Assembly: GCF_000143415.4 (NCBI RefSeq)
Contig: NW_003314320.1
Span: 881,231-945,230 of the forward strand
Length of the DNA: 64,000 nucleotides
From: Selaginella moellendorffii
Taxonomy: Eukaryota > Plantae > Lycopodiophyta
Direction of reading: 5' to 3'
Position 1 is the first letter of the stretch. Every line of letters begins with the position of its first letter. Shown here piece after piece: positions 62,998-64,000 of this stretch. A program made the position numbers and the translations under genes. The notes under the pieces were generated by a model. The model saw nothing but the letters and a program-made list of their open reading frames with translations. It searched no databases and was not told the DNA's origin.

Positions 62998-64000
62998 ATG
63001 GGGCCTTTGTCATCTGGAACGAGGAGCGGCAGCCGGATGAAGAACGCAAGGAAAGGGTTGCCGCAATCGGGGCCAGGTAGCTCGTTTGGTAAGCGATTTC
63101 TCGCGATCAGCCGCTCACACTGTGCTCATTTCGTTCGATCAGGCTCTCCAGCGCCTAGCACTTGTAGATACGACAGCTCTCTAGGTACGATTCGTCAGTG
63201 CTGTACACTGATTTGTCTGGTTTTCTGCCAGGACTATTGACAAAGAAGTTTATCAATCTGATCGATCAAGCGGAGGATGGCGTTCTCGATCTCAACAATG
63301 CCGCGGACACCTTACATGTAAGCTTGAAACATTTTTTTCCTTTAGTTTTGTTGAGTTCATTTCTTTCGAGCAGGTCCAAAAGCGGAGGATATATGATATC
63401 ACGAATGTGCTCGAAGGGATTGGCCTGATTGAGAAGAAGCTAAAGAACAGAATAAGATGGAAGTAAGCTAAGCTCGTCTCGTCTTATGATGTTTGCTATT
63501 TTCTTTGTTAATGCTCAGGGGACTGGGGCTGTCCGTGGCAGACTCGGATAGTACTGGTCTTTTATCGAGTCTTCAGGTATCTACAAAAACTTTGGTGATC
63601 TTTTTGCTAAAACCTGTCTCTGTTGTTGACAAGAGTGAAGTTGATGACCTCCATGCTCAAGAAGAGAGTCTGGACGAGAAAATAAGGTAGGCTTTCTGGT
63701 GTATTTGTCTTTCTGATGTACTAAACCCCGATATTGGTACAGGGCGATGAGAGAAAAACTGAAAACCATGTGTGAGGACGTGAGCAACCAGCAGTACGTA
63801 TTATTTTCAGACTTCACAGTTTGAAATGTGCTTTCTGTCAGATGGCTCTATGTTACTGAAGACGATATAAAGGGACTTCCTTGCTTCCAGGTAACTAGTT
63901 TGCTCGCTTGACCGTGTGGCAACTTGTATACGATGAGTTTCAATGAACAGAACGAAACTTTGATCGCAATAAAAGCACCCCAAGGGACAACATTAGAGGT
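62998..64000 (+). CDS. E2F: E2F-family transcription factor, 5' exons; runs off the window end and the start codon is uncertain
   Basis: Spliced translation [18 protein letters not shown]...[42 protein letters not shown], then [16 protein letters not shown] and [17 protein letters not shown]. Multiple ~50-65 nt GT-AG introns. Confidence 0.95.

Overview
Eukaryotic, land-plant genomic DNA. The very short 47-60 nt GT-AG introns and the gene content suggest a compact lycophyte genome such as Selaginella (inference). About 57 kb is a four-level nest of transposons. A + strand Gypsy remnant (3' LTR 43654-44783) hosts a non-autonomous LTR element (family C). The 3' LTR of C was hit by (i) a large DNA transposon, copy A (~24-11719), and (ii) a Tcn1/Tf1-like self-priming chromovirus (family A, 12329-37664, TSD CTCGG). 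That chromovirus in turn carries a young Gypsy chromovirus (family B, 13240-20772, TSD TTCTG) in its gag and a second, fully delimited copy of the DNA transposon (25179-37250; 24-bp perfect TIRs, 4-bp TSD AATC) in its 3' LTR. The DNA transposon encodes a ~1022-aa Sola-type DDD transposase. It also carries a divergently transcribed multi-exon cargo gene (ParB/Srx-like, degenerate methyltransferase-like, acidic and FCP1/HAD-like segments) and more than 25 copies of a 22-bp palindrome, several of them inside the cargo gene's tiny introns. The family B integrase-chromodomain frame is split by two clean GT-AG introns. A second nest (46603-56969) and a TRIM (58901-59574) follow. The last 3 kb holds two host genes: a UDP-glycosyltransferase and the 5' part of an E2F transcription factor.
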